63,177 nucleotides of DNA, filler included, from Neolecta irregularis DAH-3 (GCA_001929475.1; 11 parts of 11 records of this genome joined end to end with filler, not necessarily neighbours in it), one strand, 5' to 3'; positions 24,330 through 42,701 are shown, numbered from the whole stretch's first letter. Numbers and translations: made by a program. The notes: a model not told the origin generated them from the letters alone.

Positions 24330-25492
24330 ATGTCCGCAGAACAGCAAAAACAAGAGCAGACTGCCTATGGCGGTGATGACGCTAAATCCTCTCCAGTTCA
24401 AACCGAGGAAGCTCCTCCAAAGCACCGCCTCTTCATCGGAAATCTCGCCTTCAAGACTACTGAAGATGACCTTCGGGGCCTCTTCGAAGGGTTTGAGCTC
24501 CTTTCAATTAGCTTGCCGTCAAGACCTTTCGGTCGACCGGCTGGTTATGCATTTATTGAATTTAAGGACGAAGCTTCTGCAGACGAAGCAGCTATCAAGT
24601 TTCACGGAAAAGAACTCCAGGGTCGGAATGTTAGCATCCAGAAGGCTCGTCCTCCCGAGAAGTCTAAAGACAATGATGCTGCCCGGGTACGAGGAAGATT
24701 TAGGGGTCGAGGTCGAGCTCAAAAGGTATGTCTACCCCCTTTTCTTTTTCGTTCTTGTTGTCTTCTGGGCTTGGTTTGATGCTCATTCTCCTTTTTCAGT
24801 TTCATTTTCTTCGTTTTTCTCAACTTCCTTTCTTCCTATTACGTCATCTTCTCCTTAGGTTAATATATTTCAGCCCAACCGAGCCCGAGGGGTAAAGAAC
24901 GGCGAAGAAAACACCGCCGCTCAAGACGGCGACAAGGCCGCCCTCATCGAGACTACCAACCGTACGTCGAACTTGGAAACGAACGGGGAATCTTCCAATG
25001 AGGTGAAATCGTCCACCAAGAAGCCTTCTGTTCGAAAGCCCGTTGTTCGAGTTCGCCGACAAGGTCCTCCCGCAGACGGTGTAGCAAGCACAACTACCTT
25101 GTTCGTCGCTAACTTGCCTTACGACTTTACCGAAGAACAAGTACGGCCGTGTTAGTCAATGATTGCTTATAGGTCAGCTGAAGCAAGTCTTTTTTGCATA
25201 CAAACCAGCTAGTGCTCATATCGTTCCTCGACAAATCCCAATTTTTGTCCAGAAGAAGCTTGCTGCACGAGGCGAGGCTCGAAAAGGCCGAGGCTTCGCA
25301 TTTGTCACACTTGAGAACGAGGAAATGCAAAAGAAGGCCCTGGCCGAACTCAATGGCAAGGAAGTGTCTGGACGAGAAATTACAGTTAAGATTGCTTTTG
25401 ATCGAGCAGTCAAGGAAGGAGAAAATGATGCCGAGAAGGCTGACAAGGAGAACATGACTGCTTCGGCTCCTGCTGCTGCCAATCAAGCCTAG
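24330..25492 (+). CDS. Two-RRM RGG RNA-binding protein (Sbp1/Rnp24-like)
   Basis: RLFIGNL..GYAFIEF, RGRFRGRGR, TLFVANLPY..KGRGFAFVT. Introns at 24726-24873 and about 25141-25172. Confidence 0.85.
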
Positions 25493-25738
25493 GTGGTGGT
25501 TGGACGATTGATTTGCTGTCTTCACTTGCTGTTCCTCCTTTTTTCCTTTGTCATAAATGGGGCCTTACTTTGCAAATGTAGGTGGAGAGTCTTCGGGGTG
25601 TCTATCAAACGTTGTAGCCTAGGAATTTCGCTCTTTGTCCTTCGATCAAGAACCGGTGCAGTTCCCCCCAATTTGTATCACGTGACCGCCTACCTCCCGT
25701 CTCTTCTCGATTAACCTAGTTTCACCCATTCTAAACGC

Positions 25739-28105
25739 ATGTCTTCCCAGTCCCATAGAATAGCTCCTTTTTCTTATGCGAACCCAAACAACAGGAGCAT
25801 ATATGACAAACGAGATGAGGCAGAAAGGCGACGACTGGTATTGATATGACTTATCTATACATCTCATCCAGCTAGCCAGAGACACGGAACGGCTTCGTTC
25901 AAAGTTTTGAGCAGGATAATGATCTTTCGTGCCACGCATCTGGTAGTTTAACTATTGGGACACATATACTTATTGCATAGAGAATCAGCCAACGTCGCGG
26001 GAACCGAAAATCTCTTCATCTGGGAAACGACATTTCGTCGCCAAGGTAAACACCAATACTACTCAAACAAATGAATTCTAAGTAAAGACTGGAGAATCTT
26101 TTGCTAAAAAACGCAATCTAGATTCATTTCTTGATGAGATCAAGCGGTACCGGAGTATTATGATCTGGAATACTTATTTTTATCCAGTGATCAAGATAAC
26201 CAGGACCGGAATGAAAAGTTAAAGTTGGCTCGGATGGGGAACACTGGTATCTTGTCGATGGGTTGCGAATATCGCGGAACTCACTAATATTCGCAGATCG
26301 AGATGATATCTATGCAGGCGAACAACCTGGCCCAAAGACTATCCAGTTATCTTCTCTTCCACTTGGGACAACCGAGGATTCTTTACGACAATTGGCTTGT
26401 GCTTACGGAACGATATCTTCCTTCAACATCCTTCCGTTAAAGACCCTCGACGATGCCACCAGAAAAGGAATCACAGCCCTATTGACGTTCGATTCATCGA
26501 CGTCAGCAGATCGTGCAAAAACAGGCTTGGATGGGCGATATCTTGGTGATGGGTTCCGGGTCAAAGCACAATGGGGGAAGCAGCTTTCCAGTGCTGTGCG
26601 TGTTGATAAGTCCGGCTTTCCATTCAACGCAAAAGAGGCCACCGGTCCTTTCCCGAATGGTCGAATGGAGATTGTTGTTGGACGACCAAAAGATCTGGGA
26701 ATGATGAGGAGAATACATCGAATTGTGGAAATGGTAATTTCAAATGGGATGGAGTTTGAGGTAATGGTTCATCCCATAAATTTAGAGCTCACAATAAGGC
26801 GTTTCTTATGTCGAGAGAAAAGTCTAACCCCCAATTTGAATTTCTGTTTAATAGCACGGTTTGTCTAGCCAGACAGCTTAAACTCTAATTCTGTTAGTTA
26901 CCAGAACATATATATTATCGCTGGCGCCTCTTTTCAATTTTAAACAGCGATTCGATCACAGATTATCGCAAGGAGCCATTTCAAATGTTTTTCGCTGGCG
27001 CCTTTTGGGTTCCACCCGAGCCATTATGCGAGGTATGCTCCCTCTCTTCACGCATATTGAATCCAAGGATGACGACGAAAATTCCGACGACGAGGCACCG
27101 CACAAAGGTCCTCTCGGAGAATGTAGGCGTCGGAGATTCGAATGGTTGCTACGAAACGTTGACTATCGAAGAGGAAGCATTGCTCGACCTATGGCTTTTG
27201 CCATTGACCATGCAGATGCAGCTGATGAAGTAATCTTTTGTTTTCATTGCCTTTTTTGACCTTGAAGATTGTAGATATAATCATCCAATCTTTGATGCTA
27301 TCTGAAAGCGAAATAAGAAAGAAGGTTGCCCGATTATGGCTGGTGAGCGATATTTTACATAATTCATCGTCGGGAGTGCCTAATGTCTGGAAGTATCGTC
27401 AACTGTAAAGCTCCTCTATGATTGAAAGCTGACGAATTAAGATTCGAGAGTCGACTACCTGAGGTTTTCATCCACTTAAATGTCATCCATAAATCCTTCG
27501 ATGGTCGCATTAAAGCCGAAAATTTTCGTCGACAGATACAAAATATCACTAGTATTTGGGAAAGCTGGATTGTTTTCGGTCAGGGTATTCTCGAAAGCAT
27601 GATTGAACTATTTCTTGGCAGGGAGAAAGGAGACGAGAAAGATAGTTGTTCGAAAGTTGAACCTGTGGAGGAGAAGATTGAGAAGAAGAGTCGAGGCTGG
27701 AAGACTATCGAAGATACTGACGGAGAGGATCAGATAGAAGTCAGTCGGATTGATGAAGGTGAAAATATCGACGACGATCTTGACGGAGTTCCTCTGGATG
27801 GCCAATCTGATGAAGACATTGATGGCGCTCCTATGGATGATATTGATGGAGAACTAATGGAGAATTTTGACGACAACCCACTGGTGAATGAAACACTAGA
27901 TCGGCTCCCTTTGACAGATGAGAAGACGGAGAAGAGGAGGGACTTGCTTGAAGCGGCCGAATTTATTCCAAACTTTTCAGACAGGCCTTTGCGCAAGCCT
28001 GAAAAATCAATGTCGATTGCATTGTCGAGTCAGAATGTCACTCCTACAGGACGGAGAATACCAAAGGCTGAAGACATGTTCGCAGATGATGACAAGGAAG
28101 ATTGA
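25739..28105 (+). CDS. U2 snRNP-associated SURP protein (SR140/U2SURP-like: RRM, SURP, CID)
   Basis: NLDSFLDEIK, an RRM, IHRIVEMVISNGMEFE..EHIYYRWRLFS, IARPMAFAIDHADAADE, RLWLVSDILHNS. Confidence 0.85.
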
Positions 28106-29059
28106 TGGAACACGAGCAATAGAATTCGGTATTCCCTAAACTCTTCATTATAGCTGCAGGGATGTCATGTAATTACATTTTCTTACAAACTCTTCCAATC
28201 AGAGAGTCTAGCCTTTTTTAATTAAGAATAGGTTCAAATTACTTCTTTGTAGGAATAATTAACTCAATCAAGCCTCACTGAATTGAGTTCAAGTTGTAAA
28301 CAGGTTTTATTGAACTGAAAGATGAACTATTTACAGAAAATTAGCTATAAGTACCATGAACAAGGTGACCTGGGTCATTTCATCATCTCAAGGTCTATCC
28401 TCCCAATGTCTAGAAACACTGATAGAGGGTAATAATTTATATAATTTATTTTCCCTTTGTTGAATTGATCGAATCATAGCATCGTTGTAAGATGTCTTTC
28501 TCCTCAACCTTGTTTGACTTGCTATTTATAAATTACTGTTTAGTACAATCTGATATTATTATTAGGGTTATTCTTGTAAACAGTTGAGCCTCTCAAGCCT
28601 ATCATCAAGAAAATCCGGATGAGCATCATCAACATAAATTGATGAACGCATCTGGACGATAGTTGGAAAGAAAGGCAATTAAAGTGATTGAATTTGTGGA
28701 CTGAAGATGAAAGATGTAGAAATTAATAGATGATGATGAGAGTATTGTCTACAAAAGAATATTTGGAGAACACAATGCATGTCTACAGTATTTTGATTCA
28801 TTCAATGATCCGAGAAAACTATCATTCGGAGGATCATTGAATCTCAAAATAAGGCAAAATTCTCCTTAATCTCCAGGTGTATTGGTAATTTTTAATCAAT
28901 AAACACGAATGAAAAAAACGCTAGATTTGAATGTCGGACGCAACCTTGTGATTTTTGGGTTGATATAGTGCAAAGACTTGCAAAGACCAAATTGAAAACA
29001 TAGTTGTTAAATAAAACGTCAACTTTAAACATTGCATTGATCTCGCGGCTCTTTTACTT

Positions 29060-29490
29060 TGATGGTTTCATCCTCTTTTTCAGGTTTTACGATTTTATGT
29101 CGTTCTCGGAGATTTGTTCATCTCCTGCAATCGACTCTTTTATTTCTTTGATAGTTTCTTCTTCATTTTCAGACTGTACGATTTTATGTTCACTCTCAGA
29201 GATTTGTTCGTCTCCTGCAATCGACTCTTTTATTTCTTTGATAGTTTCTTCTTCATTTTCAGGCTGTACGATTTTATGGTCACTCTCAGAGATTTGTTCG
29301 TCTCCTGCGGTTGACTCTTTTACTTCTGTCATAGTTTCATCCTCTTTTTCAGGCTGTACGATTTCATGCTCGCTCTCAGATACGTGCTCATCTCCTGCGG
29401 TCGAGTCTTTTGTTTCTTTGATAGTTTCATCCTTTTTTTCATGCTGCAAGATTTTATCTTCGCTCTCAGACACCTGTTCATCTGCTACGG
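29060..29490. repeat. 90-bp coding tandem repeat (about 5 copies, 30-aa acidic unit)
   Basis: The same register recurs at 29101, 29191, 29281, 29371 and 29461. Confidence 0.9.
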
Positions 29491-30906
29491 GTATTTCATA
29501 ATGATCGACTTTCAAAACTGGGTCCTTGGCAGTAGCGGTATCTTCTTCTGCAAGAGTTTCATCCTCGTTCTCGTCCTCATTCTCACCCTCGTCCTCATTC
29601 TCACCCTCGTCCTCATTCTCACCCTCGTCCTCATTCTCACCCTCATCCTCAAGTTGAATTGCAGTAGTTTGTTCAGATTCACTACTGGCAGCCTTGGCCT
29701 TTCCCTTTGAGACACGCCGTCGTTTACGAGGAGACTCGAGTTCTTCAGAGACTTGCGTCTCTTCCTCAAGGTCCTGCTTTTCGTCTTCGTCTTCATCTTC
29801 ATCGTCGTAGATGGGTTGGTGTTCTGGACCGGCTGCATGTCAGAATATGAAAGGATAAATAGGTGTACCAGCCGTATCAATTGGCGGCTGTCCATCGATT
29901 CGTTTGAATGCATATTTGAGAACTTTAAACCCACTCAATCCTGTATCCAACCACCATTTCTTAACCTGATAGAGTCCATCATATCGATATCCCTCTTTTG
30001 GAGCCCACTTGCTCTTGCCCTTGTACCCACGGACTACTCTGATTGGTTTCCCTGTGTCACAAGAAATCTTTAATGCCAAATTCAACGCGGAGAGTTCCTG
30101 ATCTTTTGATTGAGGAGCGGTTCGAAGATTTTTGGGGTTATTCTTGGTTCCCTTGAGATCTCGTCCACCTGATCCAGTAAAAGTGAAGCGAAACCCTTCA
30201 TCGATATCATCTTCATACCCTCCACTGACAGCAACAGACCAACAGCCTAGTTGAGAATTTCCAGAGATGCCAGCAACGGTAGGCGCGTGAATTCCATCTC
30301 GTGAGCACTCCATTCGAGTAGACCACCAATAGCCCTGATTTATCAAAAACGTGGGGAAGCAGGAACCACATACGACTTTAATATGCTTTTGATTTCCAAA
30401 TATTTTAGGATCAGGCCGAACAAAGTTTCGATCTATATGGGCAACGTATCTGCCATTCGCCATACGCCGGGCGATTCCCTCCGAATCTTCCTGAACCGCG
30501 CTCCGACGCCTGCGAACCGTAAAACCATCTTCATCTTCATCTTCATCAGACCCCGAAAAGTCCGAGCCGTCCCTTTTTTCATCGCCGCTTGCATCTTCCC
30601 GATAACTCCGTTTCTAAAATCGGCAACTGGTCCGAATAAAAAAGCCCGGGTTACCTTTCCCCTTAACCGCTGAGAACTTCTACGACCGCCATCACTAATC
30701 ACCGCTGAAACAAGCGCCTTTCTTTTTCTTGAAACAACACCGTCTTTGAAACTCTCATTCCTGGCCATAGTCTTTGTCCTCGCCTTTCTCATTGGTTCAT
30801 TCGGACGCATAGGCGCCGGCGCACATTGCTCAAGTCCAAGTTGAGCCAACATGGCTCTATTCTCCCTCATCTTTTCATCTCGTAGTTTCTCATAATCAGT
30901 AGACAT
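29087..30906 (-). CDS. SRA/YDG (UHRF1-type methylcytosine-binding) domain protein with a long acidic repetitive tail
   Basis: WWSTRMECSRDGIHAPTVAGISG..SVAVSGGYEDDIDEG..FTFTGSGGRDL..NLALKISC..PIRVVRG..GYRYDGLY is a canonical SRA domain. Confidence 0.92.
29562..29650. repeat. 18-bp coding tandem repeat (EDEGEN)
   Basis: CCTCGTCCTCATTCTCAC occurs about 4-5 times. Confidence 0.9.
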
Positions 30907-31455
30907 GGTGGATGTTGCGGAGTTAATCCAGGGGTGGGGTGAACAAAATCTGGCGGCCGACAAATGTCTACAGCGCGCGAAAATTGCGCGCGCGAGTGGG
31001 TTGGGGAGTTTGGACTACCCGATAATAAAATTTTGTCTCAATTTCTTTTTATTTCATCCCCGAAATTAACAAATGAATAGACAAATATACTTGCCGCGAT
31101 ATGTGATATGTGATTTCATTTAGTTGAATTGATGTCTTGCCGCATGGAAATTGTTATCTTACAGCTCAGCGACATGATCGATGTATATGTATGGACCATA
31201 AAACTGGCGAGGTTGGAAAAAAGACCATGTTTATAAAGAACGGGCGAATGGTCGAATCGCAGGGATACAGAGACAAACAAATTCATTCTTTTGATCCATA
31301 CCCCCATAACTACAAAAAGGAAAAAGCAAACAAGGCAGCAAAGACAGGAGATGTAGTGAAACCAAACGCTTCTAGATGATGACAAAATATATCTAAATAA
31401 CCGTTGCCTAAAGCCCAAAGGGCGGGGATGAAAACGGCTACATGGCATGACCTAT

Positions 31456-32444
31456 CTAATCGCCAAAGTCGTTATCTCCGGGACTGCCGTTTCTGACCTG
31501 GGGGGTGAGAGGGAAGGGAGAAGAGGAGATACCTGTAAGCGACGGCTATAGTCTTCTTCGTCCCTCAGGCTTTTTCTAGAGTGATTCTCGAGAGTCATTT
31601 GAAGACTTCTCAGAGCATCGAGCCTCTGATCGATGGGAATAGGAAAGAACTCGCCCTTTTCGTTTGCGAGGACAGGGATGGAGCTGCGCCTGTCGTCTGA
31701 GAAGCTGGACGAGTGACTGCGTGGCGAGGCTGATCTCGATCGACGTCTTCTCAGGAGGAGGAAGAATAAGGCGCCGGCGATGGTAACAATAGCAACAGCG
31801 GCGATAGCGAAGACGCCAATTACGGCAGCTTTGTTTGAGAAGAAGCTCGAGGGCTTGATGGTGGTGGTATTTGTGGGAGTTGGGGGGTCGTGCACGCCGA
31901 GGGCACCGGCAGCCGAGCGATTGGTGGTCAGATCAGTCGCAGGGGTGAGCGAGATGGGGGCGGCAGTGGCACTGACGACGACAGGAGCGGCAGGCAGGTC
32001 TGTGGTCGGTAGTGGTGTTGGTAATGCAGAGGGGAGGATGGTGGGAGAGGCGACAGGAGGAGGGGTCTGGGCGGCGGGCGCCGGGGAGGAGAGGGGCGTG
32101 GGAAGGGCGGTGCCTGTGGCCTGGCCGACCTGGACATAGCTGAAGGCATTGGTCTCGTCGCTGCCGCACTTGTCTGACGGATAGCCGGGACATGGCTGGG
32201 AGCAATCTTCCGACGGGCTGCGCTGGGCGGGAAACAGGGTGGAGCACCAGCACTGCGGGCCTTGGATGATCGCAAAGGCCTCGGCGATGCAGGTCTGGGT
32301 GCAGGCGCCGACGGACTGGAAGACGGAGAAGGTGGCATTTCCAGCGGAGGTGTTTTGCGTGGAGCAGAAGGGGAAGTACTCGGCGCGCAGGGGCAGCGGC
32401 TGGAGGAGCAGCAGCAGCAGCAAGAGGACCGCTGGCAGGGGCAT
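31456..32444 (-). CDS. WSC-domain cell-wall stress sensor (Wsc1/Slg1 family)
   Basis: Signal peptide, WSC cysteines (QCWCS..CSQPCPGYPSDKCG), S/T/P stalk, one TM helix, and the tail IDQRLD..SLRDEEDYSRRL. Confidence 0.9.
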
Positions 32445-33444
32445 CCGGACGGGCGGCGGCGTATGACGGTCTGGTGGTGAGCAGCCGCTGGTCTGGAGCA
32501 GCAGACAGCGACGGTTTGCGTTGGGCAGCCGCTGGGCTAGAGTAGCAGATCGCGGTCTGTCTGTCTGCCCGTCAGCCAGCACCTTTACCAGCACCCGCAC
32601 TCTTGTGGTGGTAAGCCTTGCAATGTCCCACACGCAGTTCTGGGCTATCAGCTCCTGCAACGCCGCCTGCCAGACCTGGTCGGTGGGTTGTATGTGCACT
32701 ACAGTACAGACGGGCTAGGAGCAGCGCTCAAGGCGCATTGCAGCGGCTGCGGCAGGCTGGAGTAACAGCGCAGTCGCGGCGGAGCTCGGCAGTCTGTTCT
32801 CTCGCGCTAGCCCGCGCCCTCTCACCCACAGCGCTGCCTGTTTGCTCCTGCCCGTCCACCCTGCCTGCTTCCTCCCAGCGACCCTGCCTGCTCCTCGGCC
32901 TCTCACCGCCAATGTCAAGGTCTTTGCTCCCCCTCGCCTATTTGCCCGCTGGCTTTATCCTGCATGTCGCCAGGCCCCGGCCTCGCCAGCCAATAGCTCT
33001 CCATTCCCTTGTCCAAACGCGCCAAACACTAACCAGCGTTCCAGCTTGTTCTTCATCCCCGTCCCCGTGAACTGACCACCCGCCTTTTATTTACCGCTAC
33101 CGTTCCGAGCACTCCCCGTGTTTTAGGGTCTACGACGGAATATCCCCAAGCCTGGTCTTTATCAACTCTGGTGACACGCGTGCAGCCGACTTCTGACAAC
33201 CTCATGCCACTTTTGCAGGCGGCATATGAGCAGCCAGAGAGAGGGTTATGCGCAACACCATAGCTGGACAAGTTATTCACAACCTGCCCAGCCTTTTAGA
33301 CTGACGCCATGCCAAAGGGTGATCTTATCGAGTTTGCTCAATACTATATTTAGGAGTGTCACAAGACGTTGCCAGTCCCCAAGGGACAGCAGCAGCCCCT
33401 TAATACTACCTCCTCTCCCTTTGTTGTCCTTGCAGCGCCAATCA

Positions 33445-38131
<4,687 letters not shown>

Positions 38132-38255
38132 GATTCCCCGTAGGCTGATACAAGAATAAACTTGTCACGTTTTGCGTTATTGTAAAGTGTTCTAATGGTT
38201 CCCGATGATGCACGATGATAAAACTCCAAAGTCCAACTTCACTTGTCACTTTCAC

Positions 38256-39138
38256 ATGGCCAATGTATTAATCAATCCCCTTGCTACTTCCTCACAACTT
38301 CAAAATACGCCGTCGCATTCCGATGGAATTGATTCAAAAACAGAGAGACTGCTTCGATGCACAGGAGTGCATCTTGTCCAATCGGCAGGAATTTTATTAA
38401 AACTGTATACACATAAATCTGGCTTTTTCTTTTAATAACCAAGACCCCAGCCTTGTATCGCAACTGCAATGGTTCTGTTTCAAAGATTCTACATGATGAG
38501 CAGTCTCCGTCAATTTTCAATAAAAGTACTCCATTTCAAAGATCTTCCACCTGCTGATGGACGGATAGGATATCGGCATGGGATCCCTATTTCTCGCCTC
38601 AAAATCCTGCGAAGAACCCCGTAAAGTTCGGGATATAATAAATGTATACACATACCTTTTATCGTCAAAACCTTTTAAGGTGCCCGAATATTTTGATCAA
38701 GCGTATTATGATCAACGAGAAGCTCTCTTCATCGCCGAAATGCAGCTTCTTAAAAGACTTGGGTTTCAAATGAATGTTGCTCTGCCATATGGATTAGCAA
38801 TCAACTATTTACAACTTCTCGAAGCAACAGACTTGGTGCAAAAAGTATGGAATTTAATTAACGATTCACTGCAAAGTATCGTGCATTGTGTGCATCCTCC
38901 CTCGACGATTGCATCTGCATGTATATGGATTGCAACAAGAGAGGAAAAAAAGAAATTACCTCGAGATTGGTGGGAATTATTTGATGTAGAATTTGATGAT
39001 TTAATTGGAACTGCTGCAGGGATCAAGAGTGTATATGGTCAAGCGAGAGATGGCCCAGTCGGTTTAACTGCTCTGGAAAATTATCTGAAGTCGGAGGAAC
39101 AACTGTCTGATTTGGAAGAACAGAGTGGAAGTCGATAA
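38256..39138 (+). CDS. Cyclin L-like protein
   Basis: NPLATSSQL..TPS..DGI..QSAGILLKLPQ..ATAMVLFQRFY..LFLASKSCEEPRKVRDIINV. Confidence 0.85.
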
Positions 39139-40845
39139 GCATGGGATTGCGGATCCAAATTCAGCGAGTTCTTGGCTATTTACCTCACAAAATTTTGTTT
39201 GACGGTTTATGGATCTACCCCGGGCAGGGCGCATACCGTATAAGACGAAATGGGAACAAAAACGGCCTATTGTCAGAATCACGTTCGATAGAATGCTCCA
39301 ACTCGGTATATTCGTTAGCGTTGTATTAGTCCAAACCACGATATTGACCATAATATACACAAGAAAAAGAAAAAAAAGTCTCAAACACCTTTTAACACAG
39401 CACATAACACATTTTTAATATAGCTCATTATGGAAATAACTTGTCTTCCTCATTCCTGCCAACACCAGCAACCATCTTCCATTTCTCGATCTTTTGATAT
39501 GCCTTTCGAGATTTTTCCTTCTCATGCTTCAAGATATTCTCTCTGCGAAAAGAAAGAGAATCATGTGTTTCTGAGGGCGTAACCGTAATTTCAGGAAGCG
39601 TCATAATAACAGAAAAGTCTGGATAAGATTTCTTTTTGGATACGTGGAGTTTTTATATGGCAAGGTACATGTGAGACAATGTGAGACATTGGCTGACATA
39701 AAAAGCATAGGACGGATGAGTGGCACGGGATGAAACCTCTTGCAGGTGCACAGCCACCATTTGTTTGGTTGAAATAAACCCCCCAGAAGAATTGTGGGTG
39801 TGGACTTATCGCACAGCAGCAAGTCAGCATTTGCCACAAATAATGCAACCGTCAACTCCACCTCACAAACTTCTACCACCTCCGTAATTTACTGCTCGAG
39901 TCCCAACCTCCGGAAATTACATCTCTATACTCCGTTGAATGGAAAGAGTAGATAACCCCAGCTAATTACTTACTCATATCTTCTGACTCACTCTTATTGC
40001 TCTAGATTGGTTCTTTGCCACATTTGATTATATCGCTTTCCCTTTTCTCACTCTTCTACTATCGGTTACCTATCCGGTATCTTTAAAGTTTGTCTGTAAA
40101 TACTACGTGCGCTAGACGTTCTAGGACTAGAAAACGTATCTTAGACTTCCTGTTTTAAGCTTTCTCCTTCGCTCATTCAGGAGAATATCCTTCAGTTGCA
40201 ACCTGCATGTGTCAGAATACTCTATCATGTAGACAACAGGTTTAATCGAGACAAGTTCGTCCAGTTATCGTTGTAATTGCAACATATTTAGAGTCAAATT
40301 AATTACACCAACATTAATTAACCATGCAATCACAAAAAAATGGTTCTAGAAGAATACTATTTACAGACTGCATCAGCAAGATATAATAGGTTACTCAGTT
40401 TTGTAAATTGCGAGAAATGTAATGATTGACCAGGCGCAACAAGATGTTCGTTAGCGTCATCAGAGCAGTATATAAATAGCGAGGTGTATCTCATGTTTCC
40501 GTGTTATCAGCATTGCCAGAGAATCAGCGATTCCATCCCATTTGTTTAGGCAAGATGTACAATAAGTTCTACCGCGGTACATAAATCTTGACAGAAAAGC
40601 ATAGATTCCACTCCATTCTTACTGCAAGGGTTGATCATAACTGTACGATTATATCGCGCTAGGACCTGCTTTGGTTTGGTATAGCAATCAAAGGGCTTTA
40701 GAAACCATCGCTACTGTCGTAAAAAACATAGGAATTCTTTTCAATGCCAGGCCAAAGCTAACACTACTATGAAAAGCAAGACAGAAACAACATCAATCAA
40801 CCCAATAAATCATGCGAGACTGCAAACATAAACACAAGGAATTTA

Positions 40846-42549
40846 TCAAGTAGTGCTTAACAAGCTAGCAGCCCATTTGGCATCGACCATGCATTCTTCC
40901 TGTTCTTCGCCTTGGTCGAGTGGGACTCGAGGAATACCGCTCCAAGCGTCACCTTGAGGACCTTGACTCTGCGCCATACTCAAACTCTTTCCACGTTCTC
41001 TAGGTCCGATATGTTCTCTTCCCAGTCGGCCTAATCCACCACTACTATCAATTCCACGGATATCAGGCCGCAAGTTCTCAAGGATACTCAACACGCGACG
41101 TTCTCCTTCGATTTGACGTTTAGCATAATCTTTAAGCGCCGTTTTTAAAAGTTTCCCAGAAGTTTGTTTGTATTGGTGTGTTTCGAGCATTAATTGATCT
41201 GTTACGCGATTTACTTTTGCTTGAAGTGCTGCTTCTGCTGCTTTTGCTTCTTCAAGGGAGACGAGTGCGTCTTCTGCTTTGTGCGGGTTAATCGAAGTGG
41301 ATGCTTTTAATCTCATCGCAGTATTAGATCTCGAACGCGCTGTTTGCTGGGCAGACAAGAATTCTTTGAGGATAAAGTGTCTGGTTGTGAGGGTTTCCTG
41401 GATTGTGAAAAATGAGGTGTGGCGTGTATGGCACCTTTACGATAAAACTGTCGGCTGCAGCATAGTTGAGTGGATCTGCGAGGGTGGCTGCTTCGCCGGT
41501 TGTTTGAGCAGAGTGAAGATCGCCGACGGTTTGTAGGACCTTGCCGAGCTTTCGAAGAGCACTTGACGTTAGCTAATAACCGGGAGGGGGACACGTGCTT
41601 TTTCATGCCGGGGTGACGTTCTATGGAACTCAAGGCTGCGAGTTTGGAGCCGAGTTCGCCTTCAGCCAAAGACAAGTCTAGTAAGTCTCAGTTTTTGAAC
41701 GCGATAGTTACATACGACGCCGTGTTTTTATAGTTTTCTCAAGCCGGGTGGCATTTTCGAGGAGAGCGAGATAGAACTGCTTGATAACGGGACGTGCTTT
41801 GGCTAATTCTATACATTCGTCTGGGGGAGGCGCGAATTGTTTTTTGGCGCGTCTTCCGAGACCGGTGGTTGGTTTTGACTTTGAGACTACGGGAGAGTAC
41901 TTTTAGGTGAGCAATAACAGAGAGGGAAAAGAGGGTACGCCAAAGTCACTCTCGATGAAATACATGACTTCATCATCTTTTATGAGGATCTGATTTGTGC
42001 AGACACGATCGAGCCAGGTTTGAAAATTTGCTCGCATGCGGCGTTCATCTTCTTCTGTGCCAGCGCCTGCGGCGGTGAGAGAAGGGGGCACTGCTGGGAC
42101 GATGCATTCTGGGTTTACAGAGATAAGATGGTCTGCGAGCTTGACAAACTCGTGGTGGGTGCGGCGGATGTCTCTAAACTGGGTAGTGCGGTAGTTTGGG
42201 AGGTTTGTCTGGGAGAGTCAGCGGGCCATGTTTTTGGCGGGAGGAAAATTGCCTGGGCATCGAAACGGAGGATTGGGTCTTTGCGCGCAGCGCGTTCTAT
42301 GGTGGTGATGCGGGTGTTGAGATAGTAGCGGGGGGTGGTTGATTTTGGAATAACGGGATCTGGGACATGATCCGAGGAGGGTGACTTTGCGGGAAGATCT
42401 GAATCTACTGGAAGATCCGAATTAGCAGGCCGGCCCGGACCAGCCGGCTGTTCTGCAGCAGAATCGCCCTGTGCTGCACTGTCCTGGCCCGCAAACGCAT
42501 CGTCGCGGAACGGATTCTGCTCGAGGCTCGGCGGGAACAGCGAAGTCAT
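40846..42549 (-). CDS. VPS17: Retromer PX-BAR sorting nexin Vps17
   Basis: ITTIERAARKDPILRFD, TNLPNYRTTQFRDIRRTHHEFVKL, FIESDFG, RPDIRGIDSSGGLGRLGRE. Confidence 0.9.
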
Positions 42550-42701
42550 GGCACGCTTACTCCGCCTGCCNNNNNNNNNNNNNNNNNNNNNNNNNNNNNN
42601 NNNNNNNNNNNNNNTTAATTAATTAANNNNNNNNNNNNNNNNNNNNNNNNNNNNNNNNNNNNNNNNNNNNCCTATATGTACTTTGAACAATTTGCGTATG
42701 T

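Noticed and set aside
32445-32699. 85-aa N-terminal extension of the WSC ORF
   Set aside because: The signal peptide begins at the ATG at 32444; the upstream frame is probably open by chance in GC-rich DNA.
39140-40845. Possible small spliced genes or ncRNA in a 1.7-kb gap (TATAAATA near 40470)
   Set aside because: Several speculative splice models are possible but none gives a recognisable product.
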